Shown: positions 27,574 to 41,362 of the stretch, one piece after another | Layout: the number at the start of each line of letters is the position of its first letter | Numbering within the stretch: the first letter of the stretch is position 1 | NCBI RefSeq assembly: GCF_006345805.1 | Contig: NC_043012.1 | Span: forward strand, 38,502,001 to 38,566,000 | Reading direction: 5' to 3' | Length of the DNA: 64,000 nt | DNA from: Octopus sinensis | Taxonomy: Eukaryota | The notes under the pieces: model-generated | Told to the model about the DNA's origin: nothing | Seen by the model: the letters and a program-made list of their open reading frames with translations, nothing else | Database searches by the model: none | Program-made: the position numbers and the translations under genes

Positions 27574-28589
27574 ATAGACATATGCACAATAATCTATATA
27601 GAAAATCATACACCCTGACACGTGCATTCACTCACATACACACACATATACCCACACGTATACATACACACGGAAACAACACGCTCACACACACATGCAC
27701 ATACACGCACGAACCCCCCCACCCCCACCCACCAACTGTCTCCTATTTTGTTTACCTTTTCTATACGTTTTTATTTTCTATCGTTTTTACCTTTTTTATT
27801 GTTGTTTTACTGTTTGTAGCAAATTTTTATTTTCACGTTGTTTTTGCTGATTTATTGTTCTTCTTATTTTTTAAAACTTTATTTTGCTTTATTATTAATC
27901 GGTTTTAATATGTTTTTCTCCCATGTTTTTGTTAATATCTTTCCGTATTTTTAAAATATGTTTTCCATATATTTTTACATCATAAATTTAATGTTCGGTT
28001 TATCAATGTTGACTCTATTTGTACTGCATTTTCAATGATAGTTTTGTTTGTTAAACAACGTTATGTTTTGTTTATATATATTTTAAACATATTTAGCTGA
28101 TTTTACAATTTACTTTTCATAGTTAAGCAGAATAGCTCATTAGCGAATTCACTCATTAATGATTGTTGCGTATAAGAAACAAGATGGTGGCAACGATAAC
28201 CGTCGTATAATCATTATCAGTTTATTGTTCCAGAGAAATGTTAAGGTTGATCATACAAACTTTAGCAGATACATAATTTGATGAGATGAGCAACGAAACG
28301 AAATCACTGTCTTACACTCAGAAAAGAATTAGCAGCGTTATTAATTGTTATTTAACACCGCGAAAATTTCAGTGAAATGGCACGTTATACAAAATGGTGG
28401 ATAGTGTAATATTTCTTAAACTATTTATAAGTTTCCCATTCGAATCCGACCCCTACGTTTGACTTTGCCTTTCATAATTCCTTGGGCTAAAATCGGTCCG
28501 AGCATTTGACTTCCAGTAAATTACTGGCAGTTATTTATTGAACTGCTAAGCGCTTACTTGCACTTATACACAAAAAATCAAATATAGAT

Positions 28590-29236
28590 CAGTGTGGGAA
28601 GCGCGGCTCTACAGTAAGAAGCTTACTTTCTGATGATATAGCCATGTGTTCAGTACCTCTGAGCGGTAGCTTGTGTGAAAAGAGCTTTCTCTTATAGAGC
28701 GGATCAGCCAAAGACTTGTGAGTGGATTTCGTGGGCGGAAATTAAAAGAATCTCGTCCTGTGTGTGTGTGTTTGTGCACACATACATACATCTCGGTGTC
28801 CGTCGTAGGTTGTAGTCGACTGCCCTTGTTTAGGAATCATCTCTGGCAGGTTCGCACATGCGGGACACAGAGCTGGCTCTTGATGTGCAACAGCGATGAC
28901 ATCTAATGCAAGCGAAGGTACCGGATGCAACAAACAAGTGATGCCTCTCGTGTGCTCTTTCGTATTATTTCGTATTATCTCTTCAATGGCTGGAATCAAG
29001 GGCTTTAGCGATCGGTGACCTTCATCGCAGCGCAGGACCTACTCCTACCAGGTGCGTGGGGAGATGCTAGAGCACTTGATATATTTCTTCTACATATCTC
29101 TCAATAGCACCTTCCCGCTCTCACGGCTCCACTTGCTCTGACGCGGTTCAACATAGAAAAGGACCTTTGCAAACATCTCTCTCTCTCTCTCTCTCTGTAT
29201 ATATATATATATATATAATATATATATATATATATA

Positions 29237-29278
<42 letters not shown>

Positions 29279-29455
29279 ATGTATATATATATATTATATA
29301 TATAATATATATATATATATTATATATATATACTTGTGTATATGTGTGCGTCTTTCTGTTCACCATCCACGCATCGGCACCGCTGCTGGTTTGTTTACAC
29401 ACCCATAACATTGCAGCTTCGCAAAAAGACCGACAGAATAAGTACCAGCCTTGGA
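28590..29455 (+). mobile_element. SINE family A carrying a nested insertion
   Basis: Head 28590-28760 and 3' body 29355-29455 (gacagaataagtaccagc). Confidence 0.7.
28790..29170 (-). mobile_element. Short non-autonomous RTE derivative
   Basis: Minus strand encodes SGTFACIRCHRCCTSRASSVSRM, resembling the RTE C-terminal CxxC..SRxGLxSH zinc motif, followed by a short tail. Confidence 0.55.
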
Positions 29456-29465
29456 AAGAAGTAGT

Positions 29466-32400
29466 TGGCATCCTTTGGTTGGCATCCTTTTTGTTTTGGG
29501 AGACAATGCAATTGCGCATAAAATAGTCTAGTCCGGCTTTTACCTTTCATATCCTGATACATCTCCTGCTGTGGCTGTGTAGTCCTATCCTGGACAAAGA
29601 CTCCCTCTGGCAGGTGCCGCAAATGTAGCGAAGACTGTTCTTGGCTGATTGTAATGTCATAGTTTCTTGTTGACGTTTTTTCTTGTCTTTCCATTTCTCC
29701 TCTCTCTCTCTGTCACTCCTTTGTATTTCCTCTTTTACGGTACGTCGCCAATCTCCACGGTTGCCGGCAACTGCTTCCCAATTGCTAATATTGATGTTGC
29801 AGGCCTTCATGTCCCTTTTGCAAACATCCTTGTAACGTAAGAACGGTCTTCCCACAGACCTAGTACCCCTAGCAAGCTCTCCGTAGAGTATGTTCTTGGG
29901 GATTCTGCCATCTTTCATACGGCTAACATGCCCAAGCCATCTCATACGTCTTTGTGTGAGGAGTGCAAACAAGCTTGGTATTCCTGCTTGCTTGAGGACA
30001 TCTTTGTTGGGGACATGATTCTGCCATTTGATGCGGAGGATTTTCCGGAGGCAGCGTAGGTGAAAGATATTTAGGCGACGCTCTTGGCGTGTGTATGGCG
30101 TCCAAGTCTCACTTCCATACAGTAGAGTGCTAAGTACACATGCCTGGTAGATCTTCATTTTCGTGGTCTTGGTCAGCTTATTGTTGTCCCATGCCCGTTT
30201 GGAGAGTTGTGCCATCGCAGCAGCTGCCTTGCCAATGCGTATCTTGAGCTCAGCCTCAAGGGATAGGTTGTAGGTGATGGTAGAGCCAAGATAGGTAAAC
30301 TTCTCCACTTCCTGTAATCTGTGGTCTCCAATATATATGTTTGGGATGTCCGATGTAGCCTGACCCATGATGTTGGTCTTTTTAAGGCTGATGGCTGAGC
30401 CAAAGTCGTTACATGCTTGCTCAAAACAGTTAATGAGCCTTTGGAGAGCTTCTTCTGTGTATGATACCAGAGCGGCATCATAAGCAAATAGCATCTCCTT
30501 GATCACGACGCTTCTGATTTTGGTATTGGCACGCAGGCGCGAGAGATTGAGCAATTTCCTGTCACTTCTACTGTGCAGAAACACTCCATCAGCTGATGTC
30601 TGAAAGGCATGTGAGAGTAAGAGCGAGAAGAAGATGCCAAATAATGTAGGAGCGAGGACACAACCTTGCTTTACCCCGTTTTTTATTTGGAAGGCTGCTG
30701 ATGTTGAACCATTGTGCTGTATGGTGCCTTGCATATCATAATGGAAAGACTTGATGATCCTCAGCAGCTTTGGTGGACATCCGATTTTTAGAGCAGGATG
30801 AAGAGGCCTTTCCTACTTACCAAGTCAAAGGCCTTTGTCAGATCAATGAAGGCCATATATAATGGCATTTTCTGCTCTCTGGACTTCTCCTGAAGTTGGC
30901 GTATGGAGAATATCATGTCAATAGTTGATCTGCTTCTTCTAAAGCCACACTGCGATTCCGGATAGATACGAGACACAAGTAGTTGTAGCCTAGTCAGGAT
31001 AACGCGAGCAAAGGTCTTTCCAACAGTGCTTAGAAGAGATATTCCACGGTAATTGTTACAATCACCACGGTCACCTTTGTTTTTGTAAAGCGTAATGATG
31101 TTAGCATCCCGCATATCCTGAGGGACTGTACCCTCTTACCAGCACTGACACAGAAGCTCATGAAGGTGCTGAAGCAGGATGGTGTTTTTGCCGGCTTTGA
31201 TGATCTCTGAGGGGATGCCGCCTTTTCCCGGAGCTTTGTTACTTGCTAGGGAGTCAATAGCCCTGGTGAGCTCTGCTATAGATGACGGACTGTCAAGTTC
31301 GCACATGACTGGCAAGATCTTGGCACTCTCGATTGCAGCCTCAGCTACTGTAGTCTCCCGTGAGTAGAGATCCTGGTAGTGCTCCACCCATCTATCCATT
31401 TGCTTGCTTTGATCCCTGATGAGATCTCCATTAGTTGATTTCAGAGGGGCTGACTTGGTTGCGGATTGACCGAGGGCCTTCTTCAAACCGGCATACATCC
31501 CACGGGTGTCGCCCCTGTCAGCAGCTGACTGGATACTCTGACAGATTTCCTGCCAATACCTATTTGCACAGCATCTGGCTGTCAGTTGGGTTTTATTTCT
31601 TGCCTTTCTGAGTTCTTCGAGTGACTTTGCAGAAGAATCACTCTTGTGTTGCATCAGAGCTGCACGCTTTGCTTCGATACCTGGCTCCAGCTCTGAGAGC
31701 CCAGCATTGAACCAATCTGGGTTTTGCCTTTCTCTCATGCCGAAAGTATCTATTGATGTGGTATACAAAGCTTCCCTGATATAATTCCACCTACTTTCAG
31801 CAGAGGAGGTTCGGCAGCTACTGAGGGCAACTTTGATAGAAGCAGCAAAACATTTTCGCAGTGTAGGGTCGAGGTTCTGGTCCATTTTCTTGGAGCGATG
31901 GACTTTTTTAAGCAGAATCCTCACCCTACTTCTAATTAGTGAGTGATCTGTGTCACAATCCGCGCTGTGGTAACTGCGGGTCAGTTGAACAGAATTCAGA
32001 AAGGATCTCCGTGTAATGATGAGATCCAGCTGATGCCAGTGGTGAGATCTTGGATGTCTCCAAGATGCCTTGTGGGATGGCTTGTTGGCAAAGAATGTGT
32101 TTGTGATGCACAGGTTATGGTATGTGCAAAATTCAAGTAGTCACTGACCATTGTCATTCATGTTGTCAATATCAAAGTGTCCAACACAAATGGGCCACGA
32201 ATCATGGTCAGATCCCACGCCAGCGTTAAAATCCCCTAGAAGGTAGATGTTTTCAATTGTTGGCATATTTTTAATGACAGTTGAGATCTTTGTAGAACTG
32301 ATCCTTGGTCTCCTCTGAGCTGTAGAGAGTGGGAGCATAGATGCTGAGTAGATGTACTGAGCCAGAAGAAGTCGAGAGGCGCAGTGAGAGGATATGCTCA

Positions 32401-33252
32401 GTGCCTCCTGATGGTGGTTCTATTGAGGAGAGTAATGAGTTTCTCACTGCAAAGCCAACGCCATGCTGACGAGGTTCTTCTGGATCGCTTCCCTGCCAAA
32501 AGAAGGTGAAATCCTGTTCTTTGAGTTTGCTGTTTGAGGAAGTCTTGTCTCCTGTAGCCCAGCAATGTCTATGTTAAGCCTCTTTAGTTTATGGTCAATG
32601 ATGGCCGTTTTCCTTGTGTCTTCAACCCTGAGTAGATCATCAGATATTCCAGGGCACATGGTCCTCACATTCCAGCTTGCCAACCGCAGGACTGGTGCTT
32701 TCTTGTCTTTTAGCTGTTTGCCTGGTGCAGAGGTTGCAGGCCGCTTTTCAAGTCATACTCTTAGCGCCAAGCACCCAATGAAGCAGGCGGCCTGTGGCGG
32801 ATCAGCACCTTATTAACTGGGGGATGCCCAGCTTGAGGTATGCAGTAGCTAACCAATAGGACACGGAGGTCCCTCCCACCGTCAGATGTAACCCGTAGCG
32901 CCCATATTTTACGCCAATCTGAATGGACTTATCACTCCTGACTGTTACCTCCCGTGTTTTTTCTGCAGCTTTTTACAGCAGCACTGAAGTGTCCTCTCCA
33001 GTTTTGCGCAGTCCTGGGCTAGATATAAGAAAGTCCTGGGTAGCCCAATCGTCAGGATTCCTCACTCGACCTTGCTGATGTAGTCCAAAGGAGTGCAGAG
33101 CATTACGTTTGGCACCAGCTCGGTTGCAGGAGCTGCCGGAAGAGTGTCGAGTTGAACACTAAACCGCCTTCGGGGCTCCACTCCGGATTTCTTTGAAGGT
33201 TGTCGGAGCCAGCTGAGTCCGGAACTCGTGTCAGACAGGGTCGTCACTCCCT
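29466..33252 (-). mobile_element. Near-full-length RTE-clade LINE
   Basis: 5' UTR, APE-RT ORF and a tail with tandem aaggatgccaac; 8-bp TSD gaagtagt (29458-29465, 33253-33260). Confidence 0.95.
29547..32683 (-). pseudogene. RTE ORF (AP endonuclease + reverse transcriptase + C-terminal zinc motif), disrupted by frameshifts/stops
   Basis: ASWNVRTM..LQETR, LLGDFNA, NYRGISLLS, FIDLTKAFD, GVKQGCVLAPTLF, MLFAYDAAL (FADD mutated), FTYLGS and CGTCQRESLSRIGLHSH, spread across at least 5 ORF pieces. Confidence 0.95.
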
Positions 33253-33368
33253 GAAGTAGTGAAGAAGTTCGCTACCCACTACCTTTTCAAGTAATGTTAA
33301 ATTATTATTAGATTTTTCATTCTTTTTCTACGTTTGTTTTATATATTTATTTTCAACCACTAATATTC

Positions 33369-33644
33369 ATCATCATCAGCAGCAGCAGCAGCAGTTGTAG
33401 TAGCAGCAGCAGCAGTTGTAGTAGCAGCAGCAGCAGTTGTAGTAGCAGCAGCAATATCACTATCAGCAGTAGCAGAGGCAGTGGTAACAGCAGTAGCAAT
33501 GGCAGCAGCAGCAGCAGTTGTAGTAGCAGCAGAAGCGGCGGTGGCAGGGGCAGCAGTAGCAGCAGCAATAATGGTAGCAGTAGTAGCAGTAGTAGTGACA
33601 GCAGAAGCAGTGGTAGTAGCAGCAGTAGTAGTAGTAGAAGTTGT

Positions 33645-33676
<32 letters not shown>

Positions 33677-33690
33677 CAGTAGTAGTTGGT
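33369..33690. repeat. (CAG/TAG)n compound trinucleotide repeat
   Basis: Direct reading. Confidence 0.95.
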
Positions 33691-34272
33691 TAGCAAGAGG
33701 TAATCTATAAATAGATTCAGCAGATGGTGACGAGGTCAGCCATAGAGATAAAGGACCCTTTGGGAGCGCTGCCTTGAAAAGCAATTCAACTTGTATTTGC
33801 AATTAATGGTAGGAAAATAATAATAATATATATATACACATATATGCATATGTATACATACACACACATATTATCTGATATTCACGTCGATGATTTTTTT
33901 AAATTTCTGAATTCAATCGTGTTGGTGCAATAAGAGTTGTAAAAGTTGCGTTTACATATTTGGATAAAGTTTATAAGTATTCTTGAGATGTTCATTTGTC
34001 TGTCTATTTGGAGAATACAATAAGACTTTTGCAATGCACATTAGTTGTAGATATTAAAGAGTTCTTTTTTCACATTTTAAGCTGACCGTTTGTGTGTTCG
34101 ATAGCAGTAGGTATGTAAGTTTCCTAACTTATTTTATTTTATTTTGAGGGAGATTTAAAATATTTACAGGGAATTGTAAATATTCCAGTCCTTGGGAGAA
34201 TTTCTTTTCCTTTTGGAATTTTTATTTTATTTTTAAAAGGTTTGCTGTGGTTTACAGTTTTTGTAGTTGTGC

Positions 34273-34276
<4 letters not shown>

Positions 34277-34324
<48 letters not shown>

Positions 34325-34560
34325 ATATATGCATACATGTATATATATATATGCATACATGTATATATATATATGCATACATGTATATATATGCATACAT
34401 GTATATATATGCATACATGTATATATATATATATGCATACATGTATATATATATATATGCATACATGTATATATATATATGCATACATGTATATATTATA
34501 TATGCATACATGTATATATATATATATATATTATATGCATACATGTATATATATATAATG

Positions 34561-34591
<31 letters not shown>

Positions 34592-35090
34592 GCATACATG
34601 TATATATATATATATGCATACATGTATATATATATATATATATGCATACATGTATATATATATATATATATGCATACATGTATATATATATGCATACATG
34701 TATATATATATATATATGCATACATGTATTATATATATATATGCATACATGTATATATATATATATATGCATACATGTATATATATATATATATATGCAT
34801 ACATGTATATATATATATATATGCATACATGTATATATATATATATATATGCATACATGTATATATATATATATATATGCATACATGTATATATATATAT
34901 ATACATACATGTATATATATATATATGCATACATGTATATATATATATATGCATACATGTATATATATATATATGCATACATGTATATATATATATATGC
35001 ATACATGTATATATATATATATGCATACATGTATATATATATATATGCATACATGTATATATATATATATATATGCATACATGTATATAT
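34277..35090. repeat. (TA)n-GCATACATG composite minisatellite
   Basis: Near-invariant gcatacatg motif separated by variable TA runs over about 800 bp. Confidence 0.95.
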
Positions 35091-36050
35091 TAGCACGTGC
35101 TTACTTCCATAATTTAAAAAAAAATTTTATCGTGCATTTAGTTGTGTTGTTACAATAAAAGGCACTTTTACATATTCTGATAGTCAAGGAAGAGGGGACG
35201 ACAAAATATTCAGACAAAATTGGGGATATTTATGTTTCTAAATTTTTTGTTAGGTGTTCGTTTGTATGTCCAAAGCTGTAGATATGTAAGTTCCTTAACT
35301 TATTTTGAGGGAAATTGAAATTACTCACAGAAAATAGATCTTCCAGTTTTTTACAGTTGTTTTTTCAGTTGTCCTGCTGTGTTAGCTGCTGATAGGGCAA
35401 ATTAGCGAAGAACACGTCCAGCCTCTGTCACGTCCAGCCTATATATATAGAAGTAGTAGGATCGATTGATTCGACTAAACCCTTTAAGGGCTTGCCCCAG
35501 CAAGGCCGCACAGTGAAACAAGTAGAAGATAAATGAAGGTATGGTGTAGCAGCGGTTTGGTTAGAATGACGAATAACCACATTTGAAATATTCCTTGTTT
35601 CTTTCACACTCTGGTTTCCAGTTGCAGCCATGTTGATTTCGCCTGTCATATTTCCGTCGTTGATTTAATATCAGTGAAATTTTGATGATGATTCAATGAT
35701 TTAATAAACTGTATGTCTCCATCTCATAAGATGTATTCCCTCTGCCTGTTTTATTAATTATTACGTAAGACGGTTAACATTTCGAGTGTCTCGATCGGGT
35801 GACTGACGGATAAAACGTGCTGCGGGTTTTACTTTCGAAATTTAAATTATTAAGATTGAATCCTGCTAACCACCACATTGTCTTTTATCTGTTCTCACGC
35901 CGATAAAATACAGTACCACTAAAATACAAAAACAATATACAGCCTTCCTGTGTCGTACAGACTTAGAGGGGCAGCTTATGGGTTTTTGTGGCATACATAT
36001 TCCCCATCTGGGCGGAAAACCGGCCCGTCACACGAATACTCATTTTTGCC

Positions 36051-37787
36051 GGCTGAATACACCCGAGCAACATGAAATGAAATGTCTTCCTCAGAAACAC
36101 AGCGAATCGAAACCACAATCTTACGATCATGAGTCCAACACCCTAACCACTAAGTCACATGCCTCCACTATCAATCAAACAATGGGCTTCCCTAATTAAT
36201 TATAATTCTTTGTCTTTGTAACGAAGGTTAAAAATTTTGTCTCGAATATAAAATTGTTGGTATCCGTAAACTTAGGGCAATCGGTTGCAGGTTATAATAG
36301 TGATAAGGATTCTTATGATATGTTGTATGAATTTGTCCGAAAAACAAAGCGAAATTGACGCTAGGTTCTCCATCGATATCGACGATGAGCGTTCAAGTAT
36401 TCCATGGACTGAATTTCGGCTTGTGAAATTAATATTTCAGTGGCTGAATGTATACGTCAGTCACGAGTCCCTTAACACAATTCATACAATATTTCTAGTG
36501 CAATCCTTTCGAATTATCATCATCATCATCATCATCATCACATCATGATGATGATGATGATGATGATGATGATGTCTAGTATTAGACTGGCACCTTATTT
36601 ATCAAACTCCAAACCTTAGTAGTTAAAGTTGACCTTGGTAAAATTCGAGACCAGAGAATAGAAACGAATACCGCACGATAGTCTGTGCAGAGGTCTAACC
36701 ACTACGCCTATTCAAAGCCTTTCTCTGAAAGTAGAATTAATAGAAAGGGTAACAGAAATTACATATAGAGTAATTAAATTCGTAATTAAATATGTTGGCC
36801 AAAGGTTGTGTACATTGTTAAATGTCGAATGCATTAACAACTATACTTAAGTATCGTAAAATTAATTCCATAATGCGTTTAACAGTGTTGGATTGCAGAA
36901 ACATAAATTGACAATAAATAGAGACAGAATTGGTCTACTGAGTATTTTTAAACAATTCTGAAGGGCATTTATGAATTTGGAAATGTTAACTCTGCACCAA
37001 TGCGTGTCATGTGTTGTTGTTGTAGTAGCGGTGGTGTGGTGGTAGTAGTAATGGTATTATTATTATTATTATTATTAGTAGTAGTAGTAGTAGTAGTAGT
37101 AGTATCCATTACGTAGTACTTAGCGAAGGTATAGATTTGGAAATCTGTCAAATGTGAAGTGTGTGTGTGTTTAGTGAATTTTGATATGCTTTGAGTAGAA
37201 AACTGAAACGTGGCTGTAAAACTAAGAACGTAGTTTTTCACTCTCAAAGGACGGTTTTAACACGAAGTATTCAGACGGTTTTACCGTATCGTTAAAAAAT
37301 AGTTAAATATCGAATATTGGCTTATTACGGCTTTTCAATGGCGACATGGGAGGACTAGTAGCGTCCATAATATTTCAGACAGAGCAGTGAAGAATGTTCT
37401 AGACAATCGCAATTCAGCTGATTCCAATAAAATAGCAGTGTCAGTAGTTGTAGAAGAAACAAGAGTAATTCTAATAACAGCGCTAGTTTCAAAACATTCA
37501 ATATACTGGCTGAATACACCAGAGCAACATGAAATGAAATGTCTTTCTCGGAAACAGTGACTCGCCCGGTCAAGGAATCGAAACCACAATCTTACGATCA
37601 TGAGTCCATCACCCTAACCACTAAGTCACATGCCTCCACTATCAATCAAACAATGGGCTTCCTTAATTAATTATAATTCTCTATCTTTGTAACAAAGGTT
37701 AAAAATTTTGTCCCGAAAATAAAACTATTGGTGTCTGTAAATTTACGGCATTCGGTTGCTGTTTATAATAGTGATAGTGATTCTTAT
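36051..37787. repeat. Local ~270-bp duplication (36051-36316 and 37508-37787) including a SINE C head and its flank
   Basis: Both copies share ..gcctccactatcaatcaaacaatgggcttc..gtgata.ga ttcttat beyond the SINE boundary. Confidence 0.85.
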
Positions 37788-38169
37788 ATTGGAAATGCAG
37801 GCACAACCCCACCTTTCCGGATACTGATGGACCGGAGCCTCTTATAACCTACACTATTTACAAGTGGGAACTTCAAATTCCCGCCGCTGCCAGACCATTT
37901 TATTGGGTAGTCTTGTTCTACAGTACCCTCCACGGTGCAGTATTAGTAAACTTATATATTTTATACTAAGTTATAGGTACCCGTATTTCATTTTATTTTG
38001 TATTTAATTCAGAGGCGACACCCGTTGTTTCGGAAAAATGAATAATCCTAGAACCCAGGGTGCCAGAAAATCTATGTTGTATTTCAAATGTAATGCGTTT
38101 GTGTTTATCATAGTTTATTTGCTAAGAGCGCCATCACAAGCCAGGTGGCGCTATTAACACTGAGAAAAT

Positions 38170-38335
38170 ACTGGTTTCAAATTTTGGCACAAGGCCTGCA
38201 GGTTCGGGCAAGGAGACTAGGTCGATTAAATTAATTCCAGTGTTTAACTCTAACTTATTTTATCGACCCCGAAAGGATGAAAGACAGAAGTCGATCTCGG
38301 CGGAATTTGAACTCAGAACGTAAAGACGGCAAATT
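38170..38335 (-). mobile_element. SINE family B (tail 2)
   Basis: Reverse complement of the core ttacgttctgagttcaaattccgccgag..tcatcctttcggggtcgataaa and tail ccttgtgccaaaatttgaaacc. Confidence 0.8.
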
Positions 38336-38773
38336 CACTACTGCTTATATACCAATGACATATGCATTTAGCAAAGCAGACACGGTTCCTTCCCTCTAGC
38401 TACATGAAATATTCTTCCATAGAACCAAGAATGATATTCAGTAACCCGTAACATATAATACACCCGAAACACACGAAAGAATTCTTTGAAATTACTTACA
38501 AAACTTTTATAAGATTTCTGTGTACAAAGAATATAGAGAGCACAAATTAAGAAAATATTCAGAAAACATAAGTGACCAAACAAAGAAACAACCAAAATAG
38601 TTTTTTTAAACTATTATTAATCATGTATTTGGTTAGCCTTTGCATGAGCCTCGAATTTCTCTGCAATAAATATATACGAACTACAAATGCCACAAAACAA
38701 TAATTTCTACATCACTACATCAGGCCATATACAGAGCATAGTCATAGATCCAATGCCACAAAATATAAACACA

Positions 38774-39008
38774 TTTTTTTTTTTTTTTTTTTTTTTTTTC
38801 CAGTTTCAGCTCTTGAGCTGTGGCCATGCTGGGGCACCGCCATTGTGGTGAAAGAGTACAGCAGGGATCACCACCCCCTGCCGGAGCCTCGTAGAGCTTT
38901 TAGGTGTTTTCGCTCAATAAACACACACAACGCCCAGTCTGAGAATCGAAACCGCGATCCTGCGACCGCGAGTCCGCTGCCCTAACCACTAGGCCATTGC
39001 GCCTCTAC
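38774..39008 (-). mobile_element. tRNA-derived SINE with poly(A) tail (C-type head, A-type tail)
   Basis: Minus strand: gaggcgcaatggcctagtggttagggcagcggactcgcggtcgcagg..ggtttcgattc (box A/B), tail ggcggtgccccagcatggccacagctcaagagctgaaac, then a long A run. Confidence 0.9.
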
Positions 39009-41204
39009 ATGTGAAAATTTTTCACAGTTTCTTTCCAACTAATTTCAGCTACAGAGACAATAATGCTTGCGAAACAGCCGATCCTAACTGCATCTCTCTC
39101 GATGCACTACTGCAGCTCCAACGTTAAGATTCTCACATATTTTACTCGGGTAAAAGTGCACAGAGATATGGAGCAGAAGCAACTCTGATATCTGCATTGA
39201 TCTGCTGCTACTGCAATGGGTGCATACAGAGAATGATGACTCTTGGTCGTGATGAGTTAACCTCATCTAGCTTTACTCCGGTCGGCACCTTGCGTACATA
39301 TACGCAAGCAGATATATATATGCATACATGTAAGTAGATATGCAGATATGGGTAGAGAGAGATAGAGATATGCCGGCGGATATGTGCGTGTAAAGACTGA
39401 AGTCTACTCAATGAACCGCCGACAATCCATTAGAATAAAACGTTGTGTACCTCTTTGTCGAGTATGGGACTGTGTTATATTTAGGCTAATGATTCGGTGA
39501 TTCGATTAAAATCTCACTGGCACTGTTTTGGCGCTGCCTCGTTCTGATAGACAAAACTTCTCACAACGGTAATAAAATATGTTAAAAGTTGTGTGCACAG
39601 TAACAGAACTGGAAACTGGAATCTGAAATGGAAGTGGAATTAAAAGTAGATAGAAGTAACAACTGTAAAAGCATAGCACAGTAATTGGCAACCAAATATA
39701 CTTTTAATAATAATAGCAAGTCTGCAAACTTTATCTATAATGTCACCAGATTTAAGTTAAAACTGTTAATTTTGCTACACACTAGTGACAATATCTGAGT
39801 AAGAATTCTCTCTGATTCAGTTAAATTTCCAGAAACATTGGAATGAATATCCAAGCTGACAGCTATCAGATGCCTAAGGTTGATACAGGAAATAAAGACA
39901 TAAATTAAATCTAACATAAAAGCCGAATCAATTCCATTTTATATTTCATCAAAATTTTCTCGTGGTCATACTTATACACGTTTCTTCGTGGACACATTGA
40001 TGGCGCAATTGGAAGCGGGACACATTCTTAAGACTTACACGCAACAAACTCTCTTTATTGTCCAGTCTTGTAACTTAATCAATTCCACAAATAGATCTGA
40101 TTTTATCCATTTTCAAAATAATTGATGATTCTATTCTGCAATGAAATCAATTCGAATCCTTTAAATAGATTAAATCTGAAATAGATTCAAATTTCCATAG
40201 AAATAAATGGATATTTTATTTCGACTTGAAGAAAGTGACGCACTCAACTGAAGATGATAAACGTCGAGTCCCTCAGGGGTTTACAGCAAATGAGATCGAA
40301 CGCATGAACTAAATCCAGCCTGATGTCTTTCTAGCCAAAACCTGTGTCTAAACGAACACGCTAACCAATTCACCGAAAGAGATTGCACCATGCCATATAA
40401 TTTAAGGCCGAAACAATAATTAGTTGAATACTTAATCAGTCTTGATTAGTTAATTTTCCCCAATATTTTACTGGTACATAACTTACAGATAAGTACTTAT
40501 AGGGCCATAAAGAGGGAACTGACATGACAAGCCGTGTTGTACAATATGACACTCTAAAATCTATCGGATAAATCTCAGCAGGATGAATATAAATCTGTTA
40601 TCATTAGTGAAAATTCAACATAATTGAGCCCGGCACAAACTACTATCTGGGAATTAAGTTTCCATTTTGTGTGAAGCCAGTGCTAATATTTCTCTTAGTT
40701 GGAGTAATCTCGAGATCACTTGAAATGGCTGAAAGTTATTGTGTTTACACAACACGGCGTAAAATATTCAGTTTTGAACGTACATCATTCCGCGTTCAAA
40801 CCTCGCTCATATCAATCTTATCTTGCGCGATACAGAAAGTATGTATCAAGCAATCGAGTTCACCCAATGGACATCATTTTATAAACAATCAATCTCTCGC
40901 AACCAAGTAGCGACTGGTAGATTGTACTAGTTATTTTTGAGGTCTGTGTAGTCACTCATTGACAAATTTTCTGGATCTCTCAAACATGAACTGCTATAAC
41001 GGCAGAACTGCTCCGCCATTCTTCATTCTCGGTTAAATGTTCAGGTTCGGAGTGAAATGAGTTATTGGGGGGGGGGGGCTTAAAGACGAAAAGCATCGAC
41101 TCGTCTATGTATCGAATTACGACATGTGGCTAACACATTATCGATTAGGTCACACTATTTCACACATGCACACTCGTCGTTTGATATATATATATATATA
41201 TATG

Positions 41205-41362
41205 TTACGGAGATGTACTCGCATAGCAAGTGATTTGATCTGAGATCGCGTGCTGAAACGAAAACAATTGCAGCGTGGAAGGTGTTTGTAAGCCATTTAA
41301 GAAACACACAAAAGCTGTTCGATTCACTTCAACATTTAAGTTTAATTTGTCAAAATATTTTC
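41205..41362. mobile_element. One arm of the palindromic MITE family seen at 61317-61646
   Basis: ttacggagatgtactcgcatagcaag..caaaatattttc is the reverse complement of ~61490-61646. Confidence 0.85.

Noticed and set aside
34277-35090. Repeat-spacer-like array
   Set aside because: The apparent spacers are only TA runs.
38930-39008. tRNA gene (also the heads at 47482 and 62013)
   Set aside because: Box A/B are present, but no closed acceptor stem was found and each continues into a SINE body and tail.
40241-40270. actc-aa-CTGAAGA-tgat-aaacg-TC-gagt hammerhead-like string
   Set aside because: No GAAA and no helix II.
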